This document shows positions 20,326 to 30,519 of a stretch of 64,000 bases of DNA, piece by piece. The DNA comes from Ignavibacteriales bacterium (GTDB lineage: Bacteria > Bacillota > Sulfobacillia > JABLXB01). Numbering within the stretch: the stretch's first letter is position 1; each line of letters opens with the position of its first letter. Location of the stretch: positions 106,099 to 170,098 of the forward strand of contig JBLNBR010000033.1 of NCBI GenBank assembly GCA_050260105.1, given 5' to 3'. A program made the position numbers and the translations under genes. The notes under the pieces are model-generated. The model did no database searches. It was given only the letters and a program-made list of their open reading frames with translations, and was not told the DNA's origin.

Positions 20326-21396
20326 ATGGAGATATTCAAGGCTATGGCGAAGGACGGCCACGAGCAGCTGGTTTTCTGTCGCAACAGGGCGGCCGGGCTG
20401 AAGGCCATCATCGCTATCCACGACACCAGCCTCGGGCCGGCCCTCGGCGGTTGCCGGATGTGGCCCTATACAACGGAAGAAGACGCTGTGGTGGATGTCC
20501 TGCGGTTGTCGAAGGGCATGACGTACAAGTCGGCCGCCGCGGGATGCAACTACGGCGGTGGAAAGATGGTAGTATGGGGAGACCCGCAGAAGGACAAGTC
20601 AGAAGCGATGTTCAGGGCCCTGGGCAGGTTCGTGGAGGGACTGAACGGCCGGTTCCTCACCGGCACGGATGTCGGAACGGTCTCGGGCGACTTCGTCTGG
20701 GCTTCCTACGAGACGGACAAGGTGAACGCCCTGCCCGAGGAATACGGCGGCAGCGGTGACTCCTCCATTATCACCGCGTTCGGTGTGTGGAAGGGCATGA
20801 AAGCCTGCGCAAGAGAGGTATTCGGTACGGAGAGCCTCAAGGGCCTGAGGATTGCGGTGCAGGGCGTCGGGAAAGTCGGATTCCACCTCGTGGGCCACCT
20901 GATCGAGGAAGGCGCCTCCGTGACGATCGCCGACATCAACAAGGCATACGTGGAGCGTGTGACCTCCAAGTATGCCGTCACGGTCGTCGAACCCGACGCT
21001 GTCTACGACGTGGATTGCGACGTGTTCAGCCCGTGCGCCCTCGGCGCGGTGGTGAATGACGACACCATCAAGAGGCTGAAGTGCAAGATCATCGCGGGCG
21101 CCGCCAACAATCAGCTCAAGGAAGACAGGCACGGCCACGAGCTTAAGGCCCGCGGGATCCTTTATGCCCCCGACTATGTCATCAATGCCGGTGGCATGAT
21201 CCAGGTGGTCGACGAGTTGCAGGGCTACAACAAAGAGAGGGCGTTCAAGAAGGCGGCCGGCATCCAGGACCTTCTGGCGAAGGTGTTCTCCATATCGAAG
21301 CGGGACAACATTCCGACCCACAAGGCGGCCGACGTAATGGTCGAGGAGAGGATACAGGCGCTCTCGAATGTGTCCCAGATTTACCTGAGAGCGTAA
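20326..21396 (+). CDS. Glu/Leu/Phe/Val dehydrogenase, copy 1
   Basis: LGPALGGCRM, LSKGMTYK, GGGK, VQGVGKVG, GAANNQL. Confidence 0.92.
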   Translation: MEIFKAMAKDGHEQLVFCRNRAAGLKAIIAIHDTSLGPALGGCRMWPYTTEEDAVVDVLRLSKGMTYKSAAAGCNYGGGKMVVWGDPQKDKSEAMFRALGRFVEGLNGRFLTGTDVGTVSGDFVWASYETDKVNALPEEYGGSGDSSIITAFGVWKGMKACAREVFGTESLKGLRIAVQGVGKVGFHLVGHLIEEGASVTIADINKAYVERVTSKYAVTVVEPDAVYDVDCDVFSPCALGAVVNDDTIKRLKCKIIAGAANNQLKEDRHGHELKARGILYAPDYVINAGGMIQVVDELQGYNKERAFKKAAGIQDLLAKVFSISKRDNIPTHKAADVMVEERIQALSNVSQIYLRA

Positions 21397-21433
21397 GGCT
21401 GTCAAGCAGATTAATCTTCGGGGGGTCGGTATC

Positions 21434-22501
21434 GTGGAGGTATTCAAGGAGATAGACAAGTACGGGCACGAACAAGTCGCCTTCTGCTACGACAAAGTCT
21501 CAGGCTTGAGGTCGATCATCGCGATCCACAACACCACTCTCGGCCCGGCCCTGGGCGGTTGCAGGATGTGGCCGTACAAGTCGGAGGACGAGGCGCTCAC
21601 TGACGCCCTGCGGCTGTCCAGGGGCATGACTTACAAGAACGCGGTCATGGGCCTCGACCTCGGCGGGGGTAAGGCCGTCATCATAGGCGACTCGAGGAAG
21701 GACAAGTCAGAGGAGTTGTTTCGCGCCTTCGGCAAGTTCGTGCAAAGCCTCGGCGGAAGGTACATTACTGCTGAGGACGTCGGGATCGGCACGCAGGACA
21801 TGTCCATAGTGTCGACCGAGACCGAGTACGTTGCGGGTCTTCCGGAGACCAGCGGCGATCCTTCGCCGGCGACCGCGTTCGGGGTCTACCGGGGGATCAA
21901 GGCCTGCTGCAAGGTCGTATACGGCGATGACTCGTTGAAGGGCAGGAGAGTGGCTGTGCAGGGCGTCGGGCACGTCGGCAGGGGGGTTGTCCGCCACCTC
22001 GTCGAGGAAGGCGCCCACGTCACTATCACGGATATATACGATGACGTGTGGCAGGCTGTCGCGAAGGAGTTCGGGGTTACCGCGGTCAGGGCGGACGACA
22101 TATACGACGTGGACTGCGACGTATTCAGCCCGTGCGCGCTCGGGGCGGTCGTCAGCGACGACACCCTCAAGAGGTTCAAGTGCAAGATTATCGCCGGCGC
22201 GGCCAACAACCAGCTCAAGGAGCCCCGTCACGGCACCCTCCTGGAGGAGAAGGGAATACTGTACGCGCCCGATTTCGTGATCAACGGCGGCGGCGTGACC
22301 AACGTCGCTGACGAGTTCAAGCCGGGCGGGTACAACAAGGAACGCTCTTATGCGCAGGTAGCGCGCATATACGACAGGCTGCTCAGGGTGTTCGAGACGG
22401 CAAAGGCGAAGAAGATCCCCGCGCACGAGGCAGCCGATCTCCTGGCCGAGGAGCGCATAAACAACCTGGGCAGGATCAACAGGCTGTATCTGGCGAGGTA
22501 G
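21434..22501 (+). CDS. Leucine dehydrogenase-like Glu/Leu/Phe/Val dehydrogenase, copy 2
   Basis: LSRGMTYKNA, GGGKAVIIGD, YITAEDVG, SGDPSPATAFG. Confidence 0.93.
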   Translation: MEVFKEIDKYGHEQVAFCYDKVSGLRSIIAIHNTTLGPALGGCRMWPYKSEDEALTDALRLSRGMTYKNAVMGLDLGGGKAVIIGDSRKDKSEELFRAFGKFVQSLGGRYITAEDVGIGTQDMSIVSTETEYVAGLPETSGDPSPATAFGVYRGIKACCKVVYGDDSLKGRRVAVQGVGHVGRGVVRHLVEEGAHVTITDIYDDVWQAVAKEFGVTAVRADDIYDVDCDVFSPCALGAVVSDDTLKRFKCKIIAGAANNQLKEPRHGTLLEEKGILYAPDFVINGGGVTNVADEFKPGGYNKERSYAQVARIYDRLLRVFETAKAKKIPAHEAADLLAEERINNLGRINRLYLAR

Positions 22502-22510
22502 AGGCCCGGG

Positions 22511-23185
22511 ATGAAGTGGATTGAGAAGGCGGTCACCGCCTTTGTCGGCCCATACGGGAGCGGGAAGACGGAGGTTTCCATCAACTACGCGCTCCAGAGG
22601 CGCCGCACGGAGAAGACGGTGGCGATCGTCGATCTGGATGTGGTGACCCCTTACTTCAGGACCAGAGAGGTAAGGGCGGAACTTGAGGGATTGGGCCTGA
22701 GGGTGGTGGCGCCCGGAGGGCCCATCTCCATTTCCGATCTGCCCATCGTCCCCGCCGAGGCGAGGGGCGTCATGGAGGACGAATCCACAGTTGTGGTGGT
22801 CGATGTCGGCGGGGACCCCGCAGGGTCCCGGGCGTTCGGTTCGCTCGCGGGTCGCGTCCCCGGGGGCAGGCTGAACGTGCTCTTCGTGGTGAACACGAAC
22901 AGGCCCTTCACGCGGACCGTGGATTCGATCCTCGCGTACGTGCGCGAAATCGAGGCGGCTGTGGGCAGGGCATGCACCGGCCTTGTTTCGAACACGCACC
23001 TCGGCCCGTACACCACGATGGACATGGTGCGCGAAGGTCGTTCCGTATCGACGGAGGCGGCGGGACGCCTTGGCGTCCCCGTGGCTTTCACGTGCGTTCC
23101 GGCGTCCCTGGCGAAGGCCGGCGACCCAGGCGTCTTGCCCCTGCGTTTTTTCATGAGGATGCCCTGGAGCAACGAAAACGCGTGA
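22511..23185 (+). CDS. P-loop NTPase of unknown function
   Basis: GPYGSGKTE Walker A, DLDVVTPYFR, DVGGD. Confidence 0.8.
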   Translation: MKWIEKAVTAFVGPYGSGKTEVSINYALQRRRTEKTVAIVDLDVVTPYFRTREVRAELEGLGLRVVAPGGPISISDLPIVPAEARGVMEDESTVVVVDVGGDPAGSRAFGSLAGRVPGGRLNVLFVVNTNRPFTRTVDSILAYVREIEAAVGRACTGLVSNTHLGPYTTMDMVREGRSVSTEAAGRLGVPVAFTCVPASLAKAGDPGVLPLRFFMRMPWSNENA

Positions 23186-23199
23186 GGGAGCAGCGCGAC

Positions 23200-23228
23200 T
23201 TGTTGTATTCAGGTATTCATGCTAGAAT
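23200..23228 (+). promoter_or_regulatory. Putative sigmaA promoter
   Basis: TTGTTG-N17-TAGAAT with extended -10 TG. Confidence 0.5.
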
Positions 23229-23267
23229 ATGGTTGCACATACCTTGTTTACCTCGGGGGGAAAACAG

Positions 23268-23972
23268 ATGCAGGATACCCCGAGACCGACGGTGTCGGTT
23301 GACGAGATAGAATCACTGTTGTCGAGGCTGCCTGGGGTTCTCTCATCCCGCGTCGTCGTAAACAACTGGGGCGCTATCGAGGAAATACACATTCTGTCCA
23401 ATACGGAACGCAATCCGAAGCAGATGGTGAGGGACGTCGAGAGCACCCTTGCCGCGCGGTGGGGCATCACCATCGACCACAAGAAGGTGAGTGTCGCGCA
23501 GTTGACCCCCCTTTCAGCGAAGGCGGGGCCGAGCAGAGTGAAGCTGCTGAACGTCATCCTGACGAACGACACGCAGAAGGGCAGGCTTAGCGCCAGGGTC
23601 GTGCTCACCAAACTCGAAGAGATGGATGTCACGTACGAGGGCACGGCGGAGGGCGCGAACGCCAGGTACCAGTCGTACAGGACCGTGTGCCAGGCGGCGG
23701 TGGCGGCTCTGAATCAGGTGATCGAGCCGAACAACGTGTTCGTGCTGGAAGACGTCGGGACGATGTTCCTGTCCAAGCGCGAAGTCGCCGTGGTGGCTGT
23801 GTCCCTGGTGACGGCGAGGGGAAACGAGGAGTTGCTGGTCGGCGCGGCGCCGGTCAAGGGGGACGGCCTCGAGGCCGCGGTGAAGGCCACGCTCGACGCG
23901 GCCAACAGGCGCCTGGGCAACCTACAGCCCAAGCGCGTGCCTGAGGGAGAGAGCGACGACAGCGGCGAGTAG
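23268..23972 (+). CDS. Conserved hypothetical protein
   Basis: EEIHIL..RNPKQMVRDVES..IDHKKVSVAQ N-domain; C-terminal EAAVKATLDAANR. Confidence 0.75.
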   Translation: MQDTPRPTVSVDEIESLLSRLPGVLSSRVVVNNWGAIEEIHILSNTERNPKQMVRDVESTLAARWGITIDHKKVSVAQLTPLSAKAGPSRVKLLNVILTNDTQKGRLSARVVLTKLEEMDVTYEGTAEGANARYQSYRTVCQAAVAALNQVIEPNNVFVLEDVGTMFLSKREVAVVAVSLVTARGNEELLVGAAPVKGDGLEAAVKATLDAANRRLGNLQPKRVPEGESDDSGE

Positions 23973-24025
23973 TGGCGCCGGTGTGTGGGGCGTATGGTGG
24001 CGGCGGAGGGTGACATGGATTACAT

Positions 24026-24048
24026 AGGGAGGACGGCCTCCCTTTTTT
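24026..24048 (+). terminator. Intrinsic terminator
   Basis: AGGGAGG-ACGG-CCTCCCT-TTTTT. Confidence 0.75.
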
Positions 24049-24106
24049 GGTTGCCATTGGCCCGTTAAGGCTGTGCCACGGGGATCCGGAGATGGGGGTT
24101 GGGAAA

Positions 24107-24706
24107 ATGGCTGGGCCGCAGGGTGGCGGGGCGTCGCTCGAGGAGAAGACCGTACGGAGCACCACCGTTTTTTCGGGGAGAGTACTGACGCTCAGGGTCG
24201 ACCGCGTGCAGCTGCCCGGGGGCCGCGAGGCGGAGCGGGAGCTCGTGATTCACCCGGGCGCATCGGCCGTCGTGGCGGTCGACGGGGCGGGCGAGGTGCT
24301 CCTGGTTGAGCAGTACAGGTACCCCGCGGGAACGGTCCTCCTGGAAATCCCCGCGGGCAAGCTCGACGGCCACGAGACGCCCGTTGAGTGCGCGAGGAGG
24401 GAACTCCTCGAGGAAACGGGTACGAGCGCGGCCTCGTGGACACCTCTTGGAGCGGTCTTCACCACGCCGGGATTCTCGAACGAAGTCATTCACCTGTTCC
24501 TGGCCACGGGACTGGAGCATTGTCCCGGGGCGCAGCCGGACGCGGACGAGGTGCTGAGGGTCAGGAGGGTGCCCGTGGAGGATGCCGTCGGGATGATACG
24601 GCGCGGCGAGATACGCGACGCGAAAACCATTGTGGGGTTGCTGCGGGCCCTGGAGGGACTGGCGGCTGGAGAGTCGGCCATGCGGGACGGGGGCGCTCGC
24701 CGTTGA
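24107..24706 (+). CDS. nudF: ADP-ribose pyrophosphatase (Nudix)
   Basis: EQYRYP, EIPAGKLD..ECARRELLEETG Nudix box, DAKT. Confidence 0.9.
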   Translation: MAGPQGGGASLEEKTVRSTTVFSGRVLTLRVDRVQLPGGREAERELVIHPGASAVVAVDGAGEVLLVEQYRYPAGTVLLEIPAGKLDGHETPVECARRELLEETGTSAASWTPLGAVFTTPGFSNEVIHLFLATGLEHCPGAQPDADEVLRVRRVPVEDAVGMIRRGEIRDAKTIVGLLRALEGLAAGESAMRDGGARR

Positions 24707-25911
24707 ACGGGTATTATGCCGACCTCCACATCCATCTGGGCAGGGACGGGGAAGGCCACCCCGTGAAAATAGCGGCTTCCAGTGACCTGACCGTCCGGGG
24801 CGTCATCGAGGAATGCTCGGCCCGCAAGGGGATACACATCGCGGGAATAGTGGATTGCCATTCGCCCGGGGTCATACGCGACCTGGAGGGACTGGTGGCC
24901 GAGGGTAGGGCCTGCGAGTTCTCCGGAGGAGGGATATGGATTCCGGGGCGGGGCGGGGAGGGGCGCGGCGAACACGGCGGCGTCACGGTCATTCCGGCGT
25001 CGGAGGTGGAGCTCGCGGCGAACGGAGCGCGGTTCCACATCATCGCGTACCTGCCCTCGATCGATGCCGCCAAGGGCTTTTCGTCGTGGCTCAAGCCTCG
25101 TGTCACGAACTTGAGCCTCTCCAGTCAGAAATGCAGCGCGGACCCTGGCGAGGTGGTCGAATCTGTTGCGCGGCTCGGCGGGTTCTGCGTACCGGCGCAT
25201 GTGTTCACGCCCCACAGGGGAGTGCTGGGCGCGTGCGCCGACCGGCTTGCCTCGGTTTTCGACGCCTCGAGCCTCGATAGCATCCCTGCGGTGGAACTGG
25301 GTCTGAGCGCCGATACGGATATGGCCGACACCATCGACGAAATGGCGGAGTTCACCTTTCTGAGTAACTCGGACGCCCATTCGAAGGCAACCATCGCGAG
25401 GGAGTGCAATCTTCTCGTGATGAATGCGCCCGGGTTTTCCGAATTGGAGTCCTCGCTGAGGAGAAGGGGATCGAGGAAGGTTGGGGCCAATTACGGCCTC
25501 GACCCGCGACTGGGCAAGTACCACCGGACCCTCTGCCTGGAGTGCGGGAGGCCCGCGCTCGGCGGAGAAGCCGCTGAATGCCCGGCCTGCGGGAGTTCTC
25601 GGGTGGTCAGGGGTGTGTGGGACAGGGTGAGGCGGATCGCATCCTACGATCATCCGGTACACCCGGCCCACAGGCCCCCGTATATCCACCAGGTGCCCCT
25701 CTCCTTCATCCCGGGGGTAGGGCCGAAGACGCTCGACAGGATGATCGCCCGGTTCGGTTCCGAGATGAATGCCCTGCACCAGGCGACTCGTGATGAGCTG
25801 GTCGAAGTGGTGGGCGAGGCCGTCGCCGGCAGGGTCATCGCGGCCAGGGAGGGCAGGTTGAAGGTAAGGCCCGGCGCGGGGGGATCTTACGGTTCCATCA
25901 CCTCGTACTAG
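24703..25911 (+). CDS. Endonuclease Q / YqxK (TIGR00375) family protein
   Basis: PHP domain ADLHIH, PAHVFTP, ELGLSAD, SNSDAHS, LGKYH, CxxC..CxxC, HhH IPGVGPKT. Confidence 0.88.
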   Translation: MNGYYADLHIHLGRDGEGHPVKIAASSDLTVRGVIEECSARKGIHIAGIVDCHSPGVIRDLEGLVAEGRACEFSGGGIWIPGRGGEGRGEHGGVTVIPASEVELAANGARFHIIAYLPSIDAAKGFSSWLKPRVTNLSLSSQKCSADPGEVVESVARLGGFCVPAHVFTPHRGVLGACADRLASVFDASSLDSIPAVELGLSADTDMADTIDEMAEFTFLSNSDAHSKATIARECNLLVMNAPGFSELESSLRRRGSRKVGANYGLDPRLGKYHRTLCLECGRPALGGEAAECPACGSSRVVRGVWDRVRRIASYDHPVHPAHRPPYIHQVPLSFIPGVGPKTLDRMIARFGSEMNALHQATRDELVEVVGEAVAGRVIAAREGRLKVRPGAGGSYGSITSY

Positions 25912-25945
25912 GACCCCGGCTGGAACGCCGGCCGCGCCCGGGGGA

Positions 25946-25974
25946 CATACCCCGGTCGCGCCCCGCATATCCAT
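25946..25974 (+). promoter_or_regulatory. Putative sigmaE promoter of spoIIM
   Basis: cATA-N16-CATATCCAT. Confidence 0.5.
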
Positions 25975-26001
25975 TTTGGGGATGCAAAGGGGGCGGCGGC
26001 G

Positions 26002-26643
26002 GTGTCCGGGCGAGGCTTCTACCGGCAATACTCGGGGATGTTCAGGGTCAGTACCGGCGCGTGTGTCGTCGTGGCCATAACCTTCCTCGCGGGCATAGCC
26101 AGCGGGGCTGTGGGGGTCAAGGCGCTGGCGGCCGATCAGAAGAGTGAACTGCTCGCCTACGTGGACGCGTTCATGCGGGGAATTGTCAGGTACACCGAGC
26201 CCGTATCCAGGGGAAAGGTGTTGCATGCCTCGCTCCTGAACAACGCCAGGACCGCCGCCGCCACCTGGTTCCTGGGGGTCACGGTCATCGGGATCCCCGT
26301 GACGATACTCATACTGTTCACCCGTGGCTTCGTCCTCGGATTCACCGTGGGATTCCTCGTTGAGGAGCTCGGCTACAAGGGCGTGGCGTTCTCCGCCGCA
26401 GCCATACTACCTCATAACCTGCTGGCCGTTCCCGCCCTGCTCTGCCTCGGCATAGCGTCTCTCTCCTTCTCATTCGGCCTTATAGCAAGCAAACGGGCCG
26501 GCATAGGGGTCGACTTCCTGGGCGAGTTCTGGCGGTACACGGTGATCGCCCTCATTCTCACCCTGGTCCTGCTGATTTCCAGCGGGATCGAAGGTCTGGT
26601 TACCCCCGCGGTTCTCGGCGTGATCGCACCCCGGATGGTTTAG
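26002..26643 (+). CDS. spoIIM: Stage II sporulation protein M
   Basis: GVTVIGIP, RGFVLGFTVG, ILPHNLL; multi-TM. Confidence 0.92.
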   Translation: MSGRGFYRQYSGMFRVSTGACVVVAITFLAGIASGAVGVKALAADQKSELLAYVDAFMRGIVRYTEPVSRGKVLHASLLNNARTAAATWFLGVTVIGIPVTILILFTRGFVLGFTVGFLVEELGYKGVAFSAAAILPHNLLAVPALLCLGIASLSFSFGLIASKRAGIGVDFLGEFWRYTVIALILTLVLLISSGIEGLVTPAVLGVIAPRMV

Positions 26644-26751
26644 GCGCAACGGGTGCGGCCCTGTACCGATGCAGGAGTTCCGCGCCAGGTGGAGAAGCCA
26701 TTCCTCCGATGGCTTGTCCAGCAATGTATCAGAAAAGGGGTGCGTTCATCT

Positions 26752-27870
26752 ATGAAGATCGGTGTACCGCGTGAGATCAAGGCCGATGAGAATCGCGTGG
26801 CCATCACGCCGGCGGGGGTCAGTAGCTTCGTGAAGGCGGGTCACGAGGTTTACATCGAAAAGGGGGCTGGGGTCGGTAGCGGGATTACCGACGAGGAATA
26901 CAGGGCAGCGGGCGGGAAGACCCTGGACAAGGCCCAGGATGTATTCGCGATCGCGGACATGGTTATGAAGGTGAAAGAACCGCTTCCTCCCGAGTACGAC
27001 CTGCTTACGGAGGGGAAGGTCCTGTTCACCTATCTTCACCTCGCCCCTGAACCCGAGCTCACGAGGGCGCTCTTAAAGAACAAGGTGATAGGCATCGCCT
27101 ATGAAACGGTGCAGAAGCCGGACGGGTCGCTACCCCTGTTGACCCCGATGAGCGAGGTTGCCGGTAAGATGGCCACCCAGATAGGCGCCCATCTGCTGGA
27201 AAAGCGAAACGGCGGACGCGGCGTGCTCATGGGGGGTGTTTCCGGTGTGGCGCCGGCGAACGTGACTGTCGTTGGCGGTGGCATCGTCGGGACGAACGCC
27301 GCGAAGGTCGCCGCGGGCATGGGGGCGCACGTAACCATTTTCGACCTCAACATCCAGAGGCTTCGTTATCTGGATGACATTTTCGGCGGGCGCGTCACCA
27401 CGAGGGCGTCCAACCCGTTCGACATCGCGGAATCAGTGAAGACGGCGGACCTTCTCGTGGGCGCGGTGCTCGTACCCGGCGCGCGGGCCCCGAAATTGGT
27501 GACGGAGGACATGGTGAAGGCGATGAAGCCCGGCTCGGTCATCGTTGACGTCGCCATTGACCAGGGCGGCTCCGTAGAGACGATCGACAGGGTGACGACG
27601 CACTCCAATCCTACGTACGTTAAGCACGGCGTGGTCCACTATTCGGTCGCGAACATGCCGGGGGCGGTGCCACGCACTTCCACCTTCGCCCTGACCAACG
27701 CGACCCTTCCGTACGCGCTGGCCCTCGCGAACAAGGGATACCTTACGGCTGTCAAGGAGGACCGGTCGCTGGCGCTCGGTGTGAACACGATCAAGGGCGC
27801 GCTGACCTACAAGGCCGTGGCTGAGGCCCATAAGATCGCGTGCACACCCCTGGATGAGGTCCTTGGATAG
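26752..27870 (+). CDS. ald: Alanine dehydrogenase
   Basis: [45 protein letters not shown]. Confidence 0.96.
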   Translation: MKIGVPREIKADENRVAITPAGVSSFVKAGHEVYIEKGAGVGSGITDEEYRAAGGKTLDKAQDVFAIADMVMKVKEPLPPEYDLLTEGKVLFTYLHLAPEPELTRALLKNKVIGIAYETVQKPDGSLPLLTPMSEVAGKMATQIGAHLLEKRNGGRGVLMGGVSGVAPANVTVVGGGIVGTNAAKVAAGMGAHVTIFDLNIQRLRYLDDIFGGRVTTRASNPFDIAESVKTADLLVGAVLVPGARAPKLVTEDMVKAMKPGSVIVDVAIDQGGSVETIDRVTTHSNPTYVKHGVVHYSVANMPGAVPRTSTFALTNATLPYALALANKGYLTAVKEDRSLALGVNTIKGALTYKAVAEAHKIACTPLDEVLG

Positions 27871-27894
27871 GCAGAGACGACACCGCGGAACCTC

Positions 27895-27922
27895 GATGAG
27901 CCCTCTCCGGAGGGCTCATTTG
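27895..27922 (+). terminator. Intrinsic terminator after ald
   Basis: ATGAGCCCTC-TCCG-GAGGGCTCAT-TT. Confidence 0.65.
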
Positions 27923-27952
27923 TGTGTCCGGCGGCTGGACCCCGGGCAGCGG

Positions 27953-27980
27953 TCATAACGCGCCTTTCTGTGACATATTG
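27953..27980 (+). promoter_or_regulatory. Putative sigmaE promoter
   Basis: TCATA-N16-CATATTG upstream of small membrane gene. Confidence 0.5.
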
Positions 27981-28030
27981 ATTGCATAACTGGAGGGACC
28001 AGGAAAAGAATACCGGGGAAGGGATGTAAC

Positions 28031-28234
28031 GTGGTGGTAATATCCTTGACCAGAATGAAGCGCGGGCTGGGTGTGTTCGCGAAGGTGTTCGCCCTGCTGT
28101 TCCTGGCCGGGATCGCCATACCAAGGGTTGTCAACGTCCTCGCCGGATACATAGTCCCGGCCGGCGCCGTCGCCGTCAGCAGGTTGGGAGTCGTCGTCAA
28201 CGGTGTGCTGAACGTTCTTGGAGTCGGCAGATGA
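28031..28234 (+). CDS. Small hydrophobic hypothetical protein
   Basis: 67-aa ORF with one TM, purine-rich RBS, position before xerD. Confidence 0.55.
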   Translation: MVVISLTRMKRGLGVFAKVFALLFLAGIAIPRVVNVLAGYIVPAGAVAVSRLGVVVNGVLNVLGVGR

Positions 28235-28241
28235 GAGTGGA

Positions 28242-28267
28242 AGGAATTTCTGGAAAAACCGTAGAAT
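28242..28267 (+). promoter_or_regulatory. Putative sigmaH promoter of xerD-deoB
   Basis: AGGA(ATTT)-N18-GAAT. Confidence 0.6.
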
Positions 28268-28306
28268 GAGAGGCTTACTGGGATCAAGGCGAAGGGGCTG
28301 TCAACG

Positions 28307-29194
28307 TTGAATAACCTGATCGGGGAATTCATGAATTACCTGAGCACCGAGAGGGGTCTGGCGATGAACACGCTCGAATCGTACGGGCGTGACCTCCGCC
28401 AGTACTACGAGTACCTGCAGTCGAGCGGGAAGGACCCTCTCGAGAAGGCGACTCGCGCCACGGTTGTGGCCTATCTCCTGTTCCTTCAGAAGCAGGGGAA
28501 GGCCACCGCTACGATCGCGAGGCGGCTCGCGGCCCTGCGGTCGTTCTACCAGTTCCTCCTCCGGGAGAAGTACGTTGACAAGGACCCCACGGCCAACCTG
28601 GAATCGCCCAAGCTCGAGAAGCGGCTCCCCAAGGTGCTCACGATCAAGGAAGTGGAGACCCTCTTGAAGCAGCCGAATCCCGTAACTGCATCGGGTCTCC
28701 GGGACAAGGCCATGCTGGAGCTCCTCTACGCAACCGGCATTCGAGTGTCAGAACTCATTTCGCTGAACGTGGACGACATAAGCCTGGACATGGGGTACAT
28801 AAGGTGTTCCGGCAAGGGTTCGAAGGAGAGGATCGTGCCCGTTGGGTCGGTGGCGGTGAAGTGCGTGGCCGACTACCTGGGGTCGGGCAGGGGAAGGCTC
28901 GTTCCCGACCGCGACGAGCAGGCGCTGTTCGTGAACCATCACGGCAAGAGGCTCACGAGGCAGGGATTCTGGAAGATCGTGAAGCGGTATGCCCATGACG
29001 CCAGGATCAGCAAGGAGATAACCCCGCATACGCTGCGGCATTCGTTTGCGACTCATCTGCTGGAGAACGGCGCGGACCTCAGGTCGGTTCAGGAGATGCT
29101 GGGGCACGCGGACATCTCGACGACGCAGATCTACACCCACATTACGAAGGGCCGGCTGAAGGAGGTATACGCCCGCACTCACCCGAGGGCTTGA
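28307..29194 (+). CDS. xerD: Site-specific tyrosine recombinase XerD
   Basis: LYATGIRVSEL, GKGSKER, TPHTLRHSFATH, LGHADISTTQIY, HPRA end; canonical locus. Confidence 0.95.
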   Translation: MNNLIGEFMNYLSTERGLAMNTLESYGRDLRQYYEYLQSSGKDPLEKATRATVVAYLLFLQKQGKATATIARRLAALRSFYQFLLREKYVDKDPTANLESPKLEKRLPKVLTIKEVETLLKQPNPVTASGLRDKAMLELLYATGIRVSELISLNVDDISLDMGYIRCSGKGSKERIVPVGSVAVKCVADYLGSGRGRLVPDRDEQALFVNHHGKRLTRQGFWKIVKRYAHDARISKEITPHTLRHSFATHLLENGADLRSVQEMLGHADISTTQIYTHITKGRLKEVYARTHPRA

Positions 29195-29200
29195 TCGAGG

Positions 29201-30388
29201 ATGAAACCTACAAGGGTCATTGTAATTGTGCTGGACAGCGTGGGCATCGGGGAGACTCCCGATGCCCGCTTGTACGGGGATGAGGGGTCGAACACCGTCT
29301 CAAACACCGCCCGCGCGGTGGGGGGCCTGGACCTGCCCAACATGGTTGGACTGGGGTTCGACCGCATAGCGGGGGTCGCCGGCGTACGCACGCGCCCGGC
29401 CGGCAACGGCTGCGGCGGCGCGTACGGCAGGATGAGGCCGGCTTCTCCGGGGAAGGACACAATGGGCGGGCACTGGGAGCTGATGGGCCTGCTCCTCAAG
29501 AAGCCGTTCCGGACCTACCCGGAGGGTTTCCCCGCCGGCCTGATCGATGAGTTCGAGCGGAGGACCGGCAGGAAAACGATAGGCAACGTGGCCGCCTCGG
29601 GGACGGAGATAATCGAGAGGCTTGGCCCGGAGCATATCCGGACGGGCCGGCCCATCGTCTATACCTCCGCCGACAGCGTGTTCCAGGTAGCCGCGCACGA
29701 GGATGTCATCCCTGTGGACGAGCTCTACCGCATATGCTCCATCGCCAGATCGATGCTGGTGGGAGAGCACATGGTGGGTCGAGTCATCGCAAGGCCATTC
29801 CTGGGCGGGCCCGGCGGGTTCAGGCGTACGGAAAGGCGTAGAGACTTCTCGCTCGAGCCGCCCGGCTCTACGGTATTGGACGCCCTGAACGAGGCGCGCG
29901 TCGCGGTGACAGGCGTCGGCAAGATAGAGGACATCTTCAGCGGTAGGGGAATCACGGAGTCGTACCACACCGGTTCCAACGCCGAGGGCTGCCGTATACT
30001 GGAGGATCTGGTCGCGCGCGACACTAGGGGGTTCATATTCGCGAATCTGGTTGATTTCGACATGCTGTACGGGCACCGGAACGACCCGCGTGGCTACGCG
30101 CGGGCCATGATGGAATTCGACGACTCGCTCGGGCGGATGCTGGCGGGGCTGAGGGACAGCGACCTTCTCTTCATCACCGCCGACCACGGGTGCGACCCGA
30201 CGACCCCCAGCACAGACCATTCGCGCGAGTACGTGCCTGTGCTCGCGGCGGGGGGGAAGGTTGTCGCGGGGAGGGACATCGGCCTCAGGCGGACCTTCGC
30301 CGACCTTGGCGCGACTGTCGCCGGCGCGTTCGGGGTCACAGGCGGATTCGCGGGCGAATCGTTCCTCGGCGACATCTGGGCGGGGTAG
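29201..30388 (+). CDS. deoB: Phosphopentomutase
   Basis: VLDSVGIG, GKDTMGGHWE, YTSADSVFQ, TADHGCDP..TDHSRE. Confidence 0.95.
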   Translation: MKPTRVIVIVLDSVGIGETPDARLYGDEGSNTVSNTARAVGGLDLPNMVGLGFDRIAGVAGVRTRPAGNGCGGAYGRMRPASPGKDTMGGHWELMGLLLKKPFRTYPEGFPAGLIDEFERRTGRKTIGNVAASGTEIIERLGPEHIRTGRPIVYTSADSVFQVAAHEDVIPVDELYRICSIARSMLVGEHMVGRVIARPFLGGPGGFRRTERRRDFSLEPPGSTVLDALNEARVAVTGVGKIEDIFSGRGITESYHTGSNAEGCRILEDLVARDTRGFIFANLVDFDMLYGHRNDPRGYARAMMEFDDSLGRMLAGLRDSDLLFITADHGCDPTTPSTDHSREYVPVLAAGGKVVAGRDIGLRRTFADLGATVAGAFGVTGGFAGESFLGDIWAG

Positions 30389-30519
30389 GCCGCACCGGCC
30401 GGGCCCGCCGCGGACCGCGACGGTGACCCGGGCGCCGGCCCCGGCGCGAATCCAGGCGCGGACCCCTGAAAAACGAGGACCTCATCTGGGCAGTATAGCC
30501 TCTAGGAGGCGATGCCCAG

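Noticed and set aside
28307-29194. Tyrosine recombinase as a prophage or island integrase
   Set aside because: Sequence and spoIIM-xerD-deoB context fit housekeeping XerD; no att sites or cargo
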